This document shows, piece after piece, positions 1-9,656 of a DNA stretch of 64,000 nucleotides. Where the stretch lies: positions 9,092-73,091 of the forward strand of contig DATDZB010000001.1 in assembly GCA_035288845.1 (NCBI GenBank), written 5' to 3'. Position 1 is the stretch's first letter. Each line of letters opens with the position of its first letter. The stretch comes from Candidatus Nanoarchaeia archaeon. GTDB taxonomy: Archaea; Nanobdellota; Nanobdellia; SCGC-AAA011-G17; GW2011-AR18. The notes beneath the pieces are model-generated. The model saw nothing but the letters and a program-made list of their open reading frames with translations, ran no database searches and had not been told where the DNA came from. The translations under genes were made by a program, and so were the position numbers.

Positions 1-581
1 CACCTTTAATTGAAAGTTCAATGGAAGTACTTTTAGAAAGTTCAAAAAAAGGACCAAAAATAGTTTCTCAATCATTAATAAGTATTTCAACATATGTAGA
101 AAGAATACACAAAGTAGCAGAACGTCTTAAAGATTTACTTGCAGAAATAATTTCTTCAATGAAATCCCAAATTTCATTTTTAACACCAACAATAGCAGGA
201 ATTGTAGTTGGTATATCTTCGATGATTGTAAATATAATTGTCTCTTTAAATCTAAGAATTAATGATTTTACTTTAGAAGCTGGTGGTTCACCAGCTGATT
301 CAGCAGGAGCTTTAACAAATATTGGAGATTTATTCAAACTAAGTGGAATAATTCCCAATTATTGGTTCCAAGTTGTTGTAGGTCTATATGTTGTTCAATT
401 AGCATATATACTGACAGTATTACAAAATGGAATTGAAAATGGGAATGATAAAATAAATGAACGTTATTTACTTGGAAAAAATATTACAAGAAGTTTCTTA
501 ATTTATGTTGTAATAGCTTTAGTTGTAACTGTTTTATTTAATCTTATGGTAAAAAACTTATTATCTGGTGCACTGGGTTAA
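1..581 (+). CDS. C-terminal portion of a polytopic membrane protein, truncated at its 5' end by the window edge. Possibly a FlaJ/TadC-like type IV pilus/archaellum platform protein.
   Basis: The frame stays open back to position 3. There are three predicted TM helices at the C-terminus (IAGIVVGISSMIVNIIVSL, VVVGLYVVQLAYILTVL, FLIYVVIALVVTVLFNLMV). It lies directly upstream of a pilin gene battery. Confidence 0.35.
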   Translation, partial: PLIESSMEVLLESSKKGPKIVSQSLISISTYVERIHKVAERLKDLLAEIISSMKSQISFLTPTIAGIVVGISSMIVNIIVSLNLRINDFTLEAGGSPADSAGALTNIGDLFKLSGIIPNYWFQVVVGLYVVQLAYILTVLQNGIENGNDKINERYLLGKNITRSFLIYVVIALVVTVLFNLMVKNLLSGALG

Positions 582-630
582 ACTTGAAGTCTTAGTAAAC
601 CTTATAAATTTATTACTCTAATTTTAATAA

Positions 631-2184
631 ATGGCGCAAAAGAAAAAAGTTCAAAATAATGGAAAAAGTAAACCATATGTACTTGCACTTATAGTTTTCT
701 TAGTTTTAATAGCAATTATTGTAGCATCTAGTTTTTTTAATAAAATAATGCCGCTTCAAGATGAAAATGAAACAAATAATACTCAAGTAAATTTAAATCA
801 AACCCAATCAAGAAACACTTCTACAAATACAAGTCAGCAACCAAGACAAATAGATATTTCAACTGGTCCTAGTAGTGGTTCAGGAAGCTCAGGTAGAAGC
901 TCTAGTGGGGGGTCAAGTAGTGGAGGAAGCAGTTCTACTGCTACTAGTTCAGCACCACAACCAGTGCAGCAATCAGAGATTATAACAATAAGACGTAATT
1001 TTGATGATGAAGATACTCAAATTATAACTGGAAGTTCATCAAATAATATTTATCAATTTGTAGTAAATACACCAGACAGATTAACATTCACACAAATGTA
1101 CTTTAACTTAAAATTTGAAAATTATGTGGATGATGCAGCTATGTATGCTTTTAGGAATGCAAAATTAGATGTACAAAAACTAAATCAAGGAAATTGGCAA
1201 ACAGTAATGACAACAACACTTACCAATTATGTAAGGAGCGATATTTATCCAATTTATTTTAGTTCAAATATGCCTATAGAAATTCAAAATGGAGATCAAT
1301 TTCGTTTAGTTATATCAAATGTACCTTGCGAATTAGATTCACCACCAAATTCCAATTCGATTTCTCTAAGCATGTTAGATTTTAGAAATAGAACAACAAT
1401 GAATTTTATAACTAGCAGAAATATAACTTTTTTAGAACCAGAAATTTCAACAGACATTCAAGACTGTACTTTAGCTTACAACCCAGTAGGAGAAGCTTTA
1501 TGGTTAAGATTTGAAGAACCAGGTGGAACTTTACATGATTCAAGCGGTAAACAAAATCATGCTTTTGATCCTTTCGGAATAACTTATAGAACTGAAGGTC
1601 GTATAGATAGATGGGGAATTTATTTTACAGGTACAGATAATTATGTTCAAATGGATACTTCTACCTCTTTAGACTTTTCTGATCCAATAACTATTGAAAT
1701 GTTTATTTATCCAAAGAAATTAAATGCATGGCAAGGATTAATTGGTGAAGGAAATGGTATCGATAATTATAATTTGCTTGTAGCGCTTACTCCAAATAAT
1801 AAAATAGGTTTCTATACAGAACAAGGAAATTTATGGTATGAAGGTTCAACAACAATACTCTTAGCTCAATGGAAACATCTTGTAGTTACAGTAGGAAATT
1901 GTAATGTTGTAAACAATATACATACAGATTGCGATGTAAGAGTTTTCCTAAATGGTGTAGAAGAAACACTTACTGGTTTAAATGGGGCAAATATAAGTCC
2001 AGGACCAACGGATGTAAATTTAGGAGCACCAATGGCACAATCTTCAAAAGTATTAGGATCATGGCCAGGAAGTTTACCAAGATTATATCCTTACAAAGGA
2101 ATAATGGACAATGTAGTAATTTATCCAAGGGCTTTAACACCAAATGAAATAGCATTAAAGTATAACAGTTATGGTTTTAATTAA
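631..2184 (+). CDS. Class III signal peptide (pilin-like) protein with a Ser/Gly-rich linker and a C-terminal LamG/concanavalin-like jelly-roll domain.
   Basis: The N-terminus is basic and followed by one hydrophobic helix (KSKPYVLALIVFLVLIAIIVASS). There is an SSGSGSSGRSSSGGSSSGG linker. The C-terminal region carries Laminin_G_3-like motifs (DSSGKQNHAF.., IEMFIYPKKLNAWQGLIGEG.., LVALTPNNKIGFY, VRVFLNGVEE). Confidence 0.6.
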   Translation: MAQKKKVQNNGKSKPYVLALIVFLVLIAIIVASSFFNKIMPLQDENETNNTQVNLNQTQSRNTSTNTSQQPRQIDISTGPSSGSGSSGRSSSGGSSSGGSSSTATSSAPQPVQQSEIITIRRNFDDEDTQIITGSSSNNIYQFVVNTPDRLTFTQMYFNLKFENYVDDAAMYAFRNAKLDVQKLNQGNWQTVMTTTLTNYVRSDIYPIYFSSNMPIEIQNGDQFRLVISNVPCELDSPPNSNSISLSMLDFRNRTTMNFITSRNITFLEPEISTDIQDCTLAYNPVGEALWLRFEEPGGTLHDSSGKQNHAFDPFGITYRTEGRIDRWGIYFTGTDNYVQMDTSTSLDFSDPITIEMFIYPKKLNAWQGLIGEGNGIDNYNLLVALTPNNKIGFYTEQGNLWYEGSTTILLAQWKHLVVTVGNCNVVNNIHTDCDVRVFLNGVEETLTGLNGANISPGPTDVNLGAPMAQSSKVLGSWPGSLPRLYPYKGIMDNVVIYPRALTPNEIALKYNSYGFN

Positions 2185-2222
2185 CACACTAAATTTATAA
2201 ATTAAACAAATTCTATTATATT

Positions 2223-2348
2223 ATGGAAAAAAGAGGATTTGAAGATCTCGAAAATCAGACTTTATTTATTCTAATTTTTGCTGCAATAATAATTGGATTG
2301 ATTATTATATTTATGCTAACTAAAATTTCTGGAGGAATTTTTAAATGA
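2223..2348 (+). CDS. Mini pilin-like protein of 41 aa (MEKRGFED..). It is not in the ORF track.
   Basis: MEKRG is followed by a 25-aa hydrophobic helix. It is same-strand and sits between pilin genes. Its stop overlaps the start of the next gene. Confidence 0.45.
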   Translation: MEKRGFEDLENQTLFILIFAAIIIGLIIIFMLTKISGGIFK

Positions 2349-3562
2349 CTGTGAATAAAAAAGCAGAATTTCAAACAGTCTTAACTGGTTTAATTATATT
2401 TGCAATAATTGTGGGAATAACTTTTTTTATATTTAGGGCAACATCAGATGCTTTTACTAAACAGTCAAATGCCCAAGCAATTAGGTCTTGGGTAAATTTA
2501 AAAACTGCAACAGCAGGAACAGAAATAGCTTTTTCAGATAGTTCAAGTAGACCACCAGTAATTGATCTAGATAAACCTTTAGAAGTAGTTGAAGAAGATC
2601 TTTACTCAAAAGGAAAAGATCCGCCAAAAGCATTCAAAGAAATAGGAGATTCAATGGTAGATTGTTGGTATGCTTTTGAAAGTGGTGAAAAGGATTTTAT
2701 GAATTCAGTAGAGAAAGAAAAATTTTGTTTTTCATGCAGAATAATTAAATTTGAGGATGATATTAAAAAAGATAAAATAGCTCTTAAAGATTTTAATAAA
2801 TTTCTTTATACAAATAGTCCAGGAACAAATAACAAAGGAGAAAGACAAACTTACATGCAAATACTAAATAATGATCCAGAATTAAAACCAGAACCTAGCG
2901 ATCTTGAAAATGATGTAATATTAATTGATGATGATTTTAAAATTATATTTTTTGCAGCATCTGGTAGAGGAATAGTAAATATTGTTTCTAATCTATTAAT
3001 ACAAGAAAATTTAATTCCAGAAGAAGATAAAACAGGTTTTACAACAGAAAAAGGAATATCTAAATTTGATCCAGATAAAACTCTAGAACCAATTGATGAT
3101 GTTGAAGGCTTATCAGCTAGTGAAAAAGCTGAATTAGGTGCAGCTGCATCTGGTGTTGGTGTAGCAAATAAATATTTATTACCCAAACTTGCAGAAGAAA
3201 TATCTCAAGAAGCTGGAAAAGAAACAGCTGCACAAACAGAAAAAATAACAACTAAAAAAGCAATTGAAAAAGTAACAGTAGAAATAGGCAAAACTGGAGC
3301 TCCTGAAAAAATTATTTTTGAAGCTAGTGAAGAAGTAACTGAAAAAGCAGTTGCTCAAAAAGCAATCAAAAAAGCAATTGGAAAAATAATTGCTAAAAAA
3401 GGAGCAGCTATAGGTTTAAAATTTGTATCAAAAGCAGCAGGATGGCCTTTAGCAGTTGCAGGTGCAAGTTATGGTTTGTACGAAGTAGTTAAAGGAAAAA
3501 AACCATTTGTAGCACAAATAATGTTAATAGATTCAGATAAGGTAAATGAAATATGCAATTAA
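2345..3562 (+). CDS. Pilin-like membrane-anchored protein with an Ala/Lys/Glu-rich amphipathic C-terminal region.
   Basis: The N-terminus reads MTVNKKAEFQTVLTGLIIFAIIVGITFFIF. The C-terminal 120 aa are low-complexity AKE-rich with a second hydrophobic segment. Confidence 0.5.
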   Translation: MTVNKKAEFQTVLTGLIIFAIIVGITFFIFRATSDAFTKQSNAQAIRSWVNLKTATAGTEIAFSDSSSRPPVIDLDKPLEVVEEDLYSKGKDPPKAFKEIGDSMVDCWYAFESGEKDFMNSVEKEKFCFSCRIIKFEDDIKKDKIALKDFNKFLYTNSPGTNNKGERQTYMQILNNDPELKPEPSDLENDVILIDDDFKIIFFAASGRGIVNIVSNLLIQENLIPEEDKTGFTTEKGISKFDPDKTLEPIDDVEGLSASEKAELGAAASGVGVANKYLLPKLAEEISQEAGKETAAQTEKITTKKAIEKVTVEIGKTGAPEKIIFEASEEVTEKAVAQKAIKKAIGKIIAKKGAAIGLKFVSKAAGWPLAVAGASYGLYEVVKGKKPFVAQIMLIDSDKVNEICN

Positions 3563-3717
3563 AAAATAAAAAAGGAGATATAGAATTTGATACAATAATA
3601 AAACTAATTGTAGCAGTAATATGTTTACTAATTGCAATAAGTTTAATATATTTTTTCAAAGATAAATCTCTTGCAATAATAGATTCAATAAAAGATATTT
3701 TGAGGTTTGGTAAATAA
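3553..3717 (+). CDS. Mini pilin-like protein of 54 aa (MQLKNKKGDIEF..). It is not in the ORF track.
   Basis: There is a KKG motif followed by the hydrophobic helix IIKLIVAVICLLIAISLIYFF. It is tightly packed between pilin genes. Confidence 0.4.
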   Translation: MQLKNKKGDIEFDTIIKLIVAVICLLIAISLIYFFKDKSLAIIDSIKDILRFGK

Positions 3718-4799
3718 TGGCAGACATTTCTATGCCAAAAATGGGAGTTTTTATTTTAGGAATTATAGTTCTAGTTTTAATAATATCAATTTTAATAACA
3801 ACAGGAAATCCAACAATAAAATCATTTAAGAATTCAATAAATAAGCTAATTGGTATTGAAGATAAAGAAAAGAATAATCCAGAAACTGAAACAAACAAAG
3901 TTCCTGCTCATTTCTTAGAATTAGTAAAAAGTTACAAAGAATGTAAATATTCTCCAGATTCAAATTGTTATTGTAAATTATCTTACTCACCAACAACTCC
4001 AAACTCAATAATAGAATTTGAAAGTAATGGAAATAATCTAAACATAAATTTACACACAAACAATCTAATAGATTATAATTCAGTAACAAACAAAGGAGCT
4101 AGTTTACAATCTATACCAAATAAAGAATCTGTAACTTATGAAGAACAAGTAGCAAATCAAATTTTATATTTCAAAAATACTTATTTTTCTCCATCAATTT
4201 CAAACTCACAATTTAATTTAAATGAATTTACTCTAGCACAAAAACAGTATTTAACAAATAATGAGCTATATTCAACAAAAGATGTAAATGGAAAAGATGT
4301 AATAACTTTAAGCGGCGGTTTAGCAATTTATAGGTTTGATCAAGAAAAATCAGCTTTATTTTCGTTTTCAGATGTAAATGGGTTAAAAAAATGTAATTCT
4401 TATCCGCAAATAAATGAAGCAATAGCTGAATTAGAAAGGTTAAGTAATCAAATTAATTCATGCAAAACTCAACAAATTAATTGTGAATATATTCCAAAAT
4501 TACCAAAAGATTATGTAATCTCTATTGAAAATAAAGAATTAGTATTAAAATTCAGAGACAGAGTTTTACAAACTAACAAACCATTTACAGAAAAATTATG
4601 TTTATTCGATGGTTTAGAAGATTCAAAACCAGAAGATGGAAACACATTTTATATATTAAACTTTAATGATCCTATAAAAATGCAAATTTTTTCATTTAAA
4701 GACACGACTTGTTTTTTACCTTTTGATCAAGATCTAATTGAATTAGAAAAATCAAGTCAGCAACGAAGTGTAATAGCAAGATCAATAATAGATAGCTAA
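3717..4799 (+). CDS. Secreted/pilin-like Cys-containing protein.
   Basis: The N-terminus reads MADISMPKMGVFILGIIVLVLIISILITTG. It is part of the pilin battery. Confidence 0.5.
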   Translation: MADISMPKMGVFILGIIVLVLIISILITTGNPTIKSFKNSINKLIGIEDKEKNNPETETNKVPAHFLELVKSYKECKYSPDSNCYCKLSYSPTTPNSIIEFESNGNNLNINLHTNNLIDYNSVTNKGASLQSIPNKESVTYEEQVANQILYFKNTYFSPSISNSQFNLNEFTLAQKQYLTNNELYSTKDVNGKDVITLSGGLAIYRFDQEKSALFSFSDVNGLKKCNSYPQINEAIAELERLSNQINSCKTQQINCEYIPKLPKDYVISIENKELVLKFRDRVLQTNKPFTEKLCLFDGLEDSKPEDGNTFYILNFNDPIKMQIFSFKDTTCFLPFDQDLIELEKSSQQRSVIARSIIDS

Positions 4800-4839
4800 C
4801 CAAAAAGTTTAAATAGAAAACATACAGGTTAAGTAAAAG

Positions 4840-5268
4840 ATGCTAAAAATAAATAAAAGAGGACAAGGTTTACCTATGAATGTTATTGTAATAGCAATCA
4901 TAGTTCTAGTTGTTTTAGTGATTTTAATTGCTTTCTTTGCTGGTGGGTTTTCATCCATTGTGGGCAAAATAAGAGATTTATTTGGCGGAACAGTTCAAGG
5001 TCAAGTAATTGATAACACAATACAAACCTGCGAAACATTCTGTGATTCAGCTAAAGCAACAGCTGTAAATTCGCAAAGAAATACTGCTTTTTGTACAAGA
5101 TCTTTCTTAGTAGATCAGGATGGTAATGCAGACACGCCGCCAAGAATAATGAAATGTGGTTCTACATCAAGGGGAAGAGCTCCAACAATACAAGAACAAG
5201 AAAGAGGAATTGAAGATGGCGGAGATTTAGGTGTTACATGCCCAGGTGTATCCTGTGGCGCAGCTTAA
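4840..5268 (+). CDS. Archaeal type IV pilin (class III signal peptide).
   Basis: The canonical KRGQG processing motif (MLKINKRGQGLP) is followed by the hydrophobic helix NVIVIAIIVLVVLVILIAFFAGG. There are Cys pairs in the mature part. Confidence 0.65.
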   Translation: MLKINKRGQGLPMNVIVIAIIVLVVLVILIAFFAGGFSSIVGKIRDLFGGTVQGQVIDNTIQTCETFCDSAKATAVNSQRNTAFCTRSFLVDQDGNADTPPRIMKCGSTSRGRAPTIQEQERGIEDGGDLGVTCPGVSCGAA

Positions 5269-5269
5269 T

Positions 5270-5446
5270 ATGAATAAAAAAGCATCTTCTTTATCTTTAG
5301 AAACAATTATTATTGCCATTATTGTTTTAGTTGTAATTATTATGGTTGCTTATTTTGTTTTAAAACAAGGCGGATTACTTGCAACTATTATTGGAGATCA
5401 AGCAAATAACTCAGTTGCTTTAATTCCAGAAAACCCATTACCATAA
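5270..5446 (+). CDS. Mini pilin-like protein of 58 aa (MNKKASSLSLETIIIAIIVLVV..).
   Basis: This is the internal Met of the listed 71-aa ORF. It starts 2 nt after the upstream stop. It has the MNKKAS N-terminus shared with neighbouring genes. Confidence 0.45.
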   Translation: MNKKASSLSLETIIIAIIVLVVIIMVAYFVLKQGGLLATIIGDQANNSVALIPENPLP

Positions 5447-5477
5447 GAAATAAATACTCTCATTCTATTATTTAACT

Positions 5478-6473
5478 ATGAAAAATAAAAGAGGGCAAGG
5501 TTATGCTGGTTACATTTTATTGTCTTTAATTATTGGTGCCTTCGCTGTATTTTTAGTTATAACTGCTCTTTCAACTACTTCAGATTTAATCCCAGGAACA
5601 GATGTAAAATGTTCAAATTCTAAATATTGGTCTGAAGAAAGAGGTCTTCATGATTTATTAGAAAATTTAGATAATAATAAAGAAACATCAGAAAGTTTTC
5701 TTTTCATCAATAATGACTGTAAATTAGTAAGTTTTACATTAAATCAAGGTTTCGGAAATATTTTATTATCAACTGAACAACCACGAGAACCTCTGCTTTG
5801 TTTATGTAAAATAGAACGTGAATCTTCTTCAGAAGCAGTTTGTGAACCAAATTATTGTTATAAGTTTAAAAACTTTGATTCTATAAACAATGAACAATTT
5901 TCAACTGAAGATCTAAAAGATTATGTTTCATTAAAATTTATTAAAGAGGGAAAAACATTAAGAATAATTTCAGCTGGAGATGAAAAACAAGCACAGCCAC
6001 TAATTTATTCTAAATCAGATCAAACAAAGTACTTAGATGAAACTGGTTTAATTAATCGTTTAGTTATAATTTTTAATACAAAACAAATAACATCTTATCT
6101 TCCTATTGTAAAATTAAAAGAAAGTGGTTTTTTAATTCCGCAAGAGATTACAAATAAAGAAGGATTTACACAATTATTTGATTTAAAATTAAGTTATTCC
6201 AAATTACCGGGACAAACTAATGAAGATTATTTAATTAATGCTAAAGAAATAGATCCAAATGCAGTTAAAGCAGCATTAATAGAAATCAACTTAGAAAAAT
6301 CTAAATTAAATGGTTTAAACAAAGACAAAATTGTATTATACTATAAAGTAAATAATAAATGGGCTTATTCAAAATTAACTTGTGAAGAAGCAAGCACCAA
6401 GTTCCTATGTAAAACGTCATTAACTGGTTTTTCAAATCAATTTGCAATAAGCACAATTGAAGAAGTTGCATAA
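5478..6473 (+). CDS. Archaeal type IV pilin-like protein (class III signal peptide), 331 aa.
   Basis: MKNKRGQGYAGYILLSLIIGAFAVFLVITALS carries a KRGQG motif followed by a hydrophobic helix. Confidence 0.65.
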   Translation: MKNKRGQGYAGYILLSLIIGAFAVFLVITALSTTSDLIPGTDVKCSNSKYWSEERGLHDLLENLDNNKETSESFLFINNDCKLVSFTLNQGFGNILLSTEQPREPLLCLCKIERESSSEAVCEPNYCYKFKNFDSINNEQFSTEDLKDYVSLKFIKEGKTLRIISAGDEKQAQPLIYSKSDQTKYLDETGLINRLVIIFNTKQITSYLPIVKLKESGFLIPQEITNKEGFTQLFDLKLSYSKLPGQTNEDYLINAKEIDPNAVKAALIEINLEKSKLNGLNKDKIVLYYKVNNKWAYSKLTCEEASTKFLCKTSLTGFSNQFAISTIEEVA

Positions 6474-6474
6474 A

Positions 6475-6831
6475 ATGAATAAAAAAGCATCTATGGAATT
6501 CTTGGCAGAAAAACTTGTAGATTTAGTTATGTTAGTAATTGTAATCGTAGTTTTCTTATCAGTAATAACTTCAATAAAAGGAAATGAAGTTCATGATCTA
6601 AATGTTGAATCAAGAGATTTAGCTTTTGTAAAAGATGCTATAACAATGACAAATCACAAAATAGATTATAATTATAAAACAAGAGAAAATGTTGAAATTG
6701 AAATAAATGAAAATGATTGTGTGATTAAAACTAGTAATAAACAAGGAGAAGCAAGTCCGAAATCTTTCTATTGTATAAACAACCAATTATCTAATAAAGA
6801 AAAAATTAATCTAAAGGTTAAAAATGAATAA
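6475..6831 (+). CDS. Pilin-like protein. The likely start is MNKKASMEF.
   Basis: MNKKAS is followed by the helix LVDLVMLVIVIVVFLSVITS. The upstream Met of the listed ORF overlaps the preceding gene. Confidence 0.45.
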   Translation: MNKKASMEFLAEKLVDLVMLVIVIVVFLSVITSIKGNEVHDLNVESRDLAFVKDAITMTNHKIDYNYKTRENVEIEINENDCVIKTSNKQGEASPKSFYCINNQLSNKEKINLKVKNE

Positions 6832-7303
6832 AAAAGGAATATTTGATATTTTAGAAAGAGGAATTTATATGACTTTTATAATTATCGTAGCAGTTTTCAT
6901 AGCAGCAGTTGCTTTATCTTATATTTCTGAAGAAATAAAAACTGAAAATATTGAGACTTATTTAATATTAAAAGGCCTGGTTAATTCTGAATCATGCTTA
7001 GCTTATAACGATGGAACAAGAATTCATCAAAATATTATTGATCTAAACAAATTAACTTCTAATAGACTAAGTTCTTGCCTTTCTAAAACAGATACAGGAT
7101 ATTTAATAACTTTAACAAACTTAAATGGAAACCTTGTAAAATCAGAAAGCAATTTAGACGTAAGACAAAAGGCATATCTTCCTATTTGTAAAAGTATCAA
7201 AGGATTTATTTGCACTAAAAAATCAACTTTAATAAATTATTATGAAAACAATCAAATTAAAACAGTAATTATGAATTTAGAGGTGATAAAACTTGACAAA
7301 TAA
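6824..7303 (+). CDS. Pilin-like protein.
   Basis: MNKKGIFDILERGIYMTFIIIVAVFIAAVALS. Confidence 0.45.
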   Translation: MNKKGIFDILERGIYMTFIIIVAVFIAAVALSYISEEIKTENIETYLILKGLVNSESCLAYNDGTRIHQNIIDLNKLTSNRLSSCLSKTDTGYLITLTNLNGNLVKSESNLDVRQKAYLPICKSIKGFICTKKSTLINYYENNQIKTVIMNLEVIKLDK

Positions 7304-7808
7304 AAAAGGAGACTTAGCATTTGGTTTATATTTTTGGCCTACATTCTCACTATTAATAATAACATTAATTATATTTGGAATAATATTTTTTATAGTGGGA
7401 ATTAAATCTGACAAAATAACAATAAACTCTCAAGTTTATGAAGATAGTTCGAAAATAATTACAGTCTCTAAATCACCAACAAATGTAATAATTAATGAAA
7501 AAAATTTATCCATCTCAGAATTAATATCTTTAGCACATAAAGATGAAAGTTATAAAGAAAAATTAAATACCGAATTTACTTATTTAATAAATAAAATTCC
7601 AAAACCAGAAAATAAAAAATCAAATTGGAATGCAAAGATAATTATTGATAATAATGAATTTTTAAAAATAGATCAATCTTCAGTTGGTTCAAGTAATTAT
7701 TTTAATCAAGTAATGATAATCCCTTTAGAAGATAAGAAGATAGCAAAATTAGAACTTTCTTTATCTTGTAGACTATGTAAATTACAAGATTTAGGGGAGT
7801 TTGTATAA
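7293..7808 (+). CDS. Pilin-like protein.
   Basis: MTNKKGDLAFGLYFWPTFSLLIITLIIFGIIFFIVG. Confidence 0.45.
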   Translation: MTNKKGDLAFGLYFWPTFSLLIITLIIFGIIFFIVGIKSDKITINSQVYEDSSKIITVSKSPTNVIINEKNLSISELISLAHKDESYKEKLNTEFTYLINKIPKPENKKSNWNAKIIIDNNEFLKIDQSSVGSSNYFNQVMIIPLEDKKIAKLELSLSCRLCKLQDLGEFV

Positions 7809-8633
7809 ATGAATAAAAAAGGAATATTCTTTCCATTATTTGTTTTTATAACCATTTTCTTATTATTAACTATGCTTTATGTAGTAAATGATGAAGAAAG
7901 TGAAAAAAATGATTTAATTGGATTAAAAGCAGTAAATATAATAAAATTACAAGATGAAACTGAAAAAATCCAATCTTATCTAGATTTATCAACAAAATAT
8001 GCAGCAAATGAAGCTCTAAAAAAACTAGCAGCTAATGGGGGTTATTCAGAAGGAAGGTGTAAAAAAACACAAAAAGATTTAATCAACACAGAAGAATACA
8101 TTATTTTAGAAACTTGTCCAGAACTGAATATAAATAACGAATTTAATTCTCAATTAAAAGAAGAAATAAAACAATATATAAAAATTTATGAAACAAGCTA
8201 TATTGAAGCAGACTTAGAAAAGTATTATGGACTTGGAATTTATGATTATGTCAGTTCATTAACAAAACCAGAAGAATTAACATTTAATAAACAATATACA
8301 GAAAAAGTTAGAGAAACAAATGTTTTAGAAATTAAAGACTCAGTAGTTTATTTTTCAGAAATAGATTTACAAATAGAAAACACAACAGATTCATTTATCA
8401 AATTAAGTCCAAAAATAAAACTGCAAAAACAAAATTTTGAAATTTACAATGAATTATATCTGGAAATAAAAGAAAACTGTTTGCAAAAAGAAACAACGAA
8501 ATGTGAAGGTTCTTTGAAAATAGAATTCCCAGAAATAACAATAGAAGTTGAGAATGAATTAGTAAAAATAAATTTACCTTCTAAACTAGGCAAAATAAGG
8601 TTAGCTTTTAAAGAGTATAAAAAACCAAGTTAG
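7809..8633 (+). CDS. Pilin-like protein.
   Basis: MNKKGIFFPLFVFITIFLLLTMLYVV. This is the same MNKKGIF N-terminus as the gene at 6824. Confidence 0.45.
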   Translation: MNKKGIFFPLFVFITIFLLLTMLYVVNDEESEKNDLIGLKAVNIIKLQDETEKIQSYLDLSTKYAANEALKKLAANGGYSEGRCKKTQKDLINTEEYIILETCPELNINNEFNSQLKEEIKQYIKIYETSYIEADLEKYYGLGIYDYVSSLTKPEELTFNKQYTEKVRETNVLEIKDSVVYFSEIDLQIENTTDSFIKLSPKIKLQKQNFEIYNELYLEIKENCLQKETTKCEGSLKIEFPEITIEVENELVKINLPSKLGKIRLAFKEYKKPS

Positions 8634-8687
8634 TAATATAGTTTAAAACACAAAAAAGCTTTTATAGCCTAATAAAGTAAGAGTATT

Positions 8688-9656
8688 ATGATTCTAGACT
8701 ACGACACAATATTAAGTAAAATAATAGATACTAGTGGTCTTTCTAGAGAAGATATTGAAAAAAAGATCAAACAAAAACAATCAGACTTACAAGATTTAAT
8801 ATCTAGGGAAGGAGCAGCCCACATTATTGCAAATGAATTAGGAGTAAAGCTCTTTGACGGAACTACTAAAACATTAAAAATAAATCAAGTTCAAGTTGGA
8901 TTAAATTCTGTTACTTTACTGGGAAAAGTAATGAATATCTATGAAATTAAAAGTTTTGAAAAAAATGGAAGAAAAGGTAGAATTGGATCTATGCTTCTCG
9001 GTGATGAAACTGGAGCAATAAGAATAGTTATTTGGGATGAAAAATTAATAGATCTAATAAAAGAAATAAAACAAGAAGACACATTAAAACTTTCTAATGC
9101 TTATTCAAAGCAAAATGCTAATGGTTTTAAAGAATTACATTTAGGAAGTAAATCGCAAATAATAATTAATCCTGAAAATGAATTAATAAAAGAAGTAAGA
9201 ACAAATACTACGACATTTACACCTGCTGAAAAAAAGAAAATAAGAGATTTAAATGCACCAGGATTCGCAGAAGTATTTGGTACAATAGTTCAAGTATTTG
9301 AACCTAAACATTACAATTCATGTCCTGTTTGTAGTAAAAAAGTAATGCCAATAGGAGATAAATTTACTTGTCAAGACCATGGCGAAGTAAAAAGTAAAAA
9401 AGTTCCAATATTAAATATTTATTTTGATGATGGAACTGGAAATATAAGGGCAGTTCTTTTTAGAGAACATGCAGAAAATATTCTTAATAATAAAGTTCAA
9501 TTAGATGAGATAAAAAAAGAGTGTTTGGGAAAGCAATTAATTTTAAAAGGAAAAATAACTAAAAATGAAATGTTTAATAGAATGGAATTGGTTGTTAATG
9601 GATTAGAACAGCCAGATCCAGAAAAGATAATTGCTGAATTGCAAAATGATGTATAA
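8688..9656 (+). CDS. rpa: Replication protein A (ssDNA-binding, OB folds plus a C-terminal zinc ribbon).
   Basis: The N-terminus has GLSREDIEKKIKQKQSDLQDLISREGAAHIIANELGV, as is typical of archaeal RPA. A CPVCSKK...CQDHGEV zinc motif lies between OB-fold regions. Confidence 0.7.
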   Translation: MILDYDTILSKIIDTSGLSREDIEKKIKQKQSDLQDLISREGAAHIIANELGVKLFDGTTKTLKINQVQVGLNSVTLLGKVMNIYEIKSFEKNGRKGRIGSMLLGDETGAIRIVIWDEKLIDLIKEIKQEDTLKLSNAYSKQNANGFKELHLGSKSQIIINPENELIKEVRTNTTTFTPAEKKKIRDLNAPGFAEVFGTIVQVFEPKHYNSCPVCSKKVMPIGDKFTCQDHGEVKSKKVPILNIYFDDGTGNIRAVLFREHAENILNNKVQLDEIKKECLGKQLILKGKITKNEMFNRMELVVNGLEQPDPEKIIAELQNDV

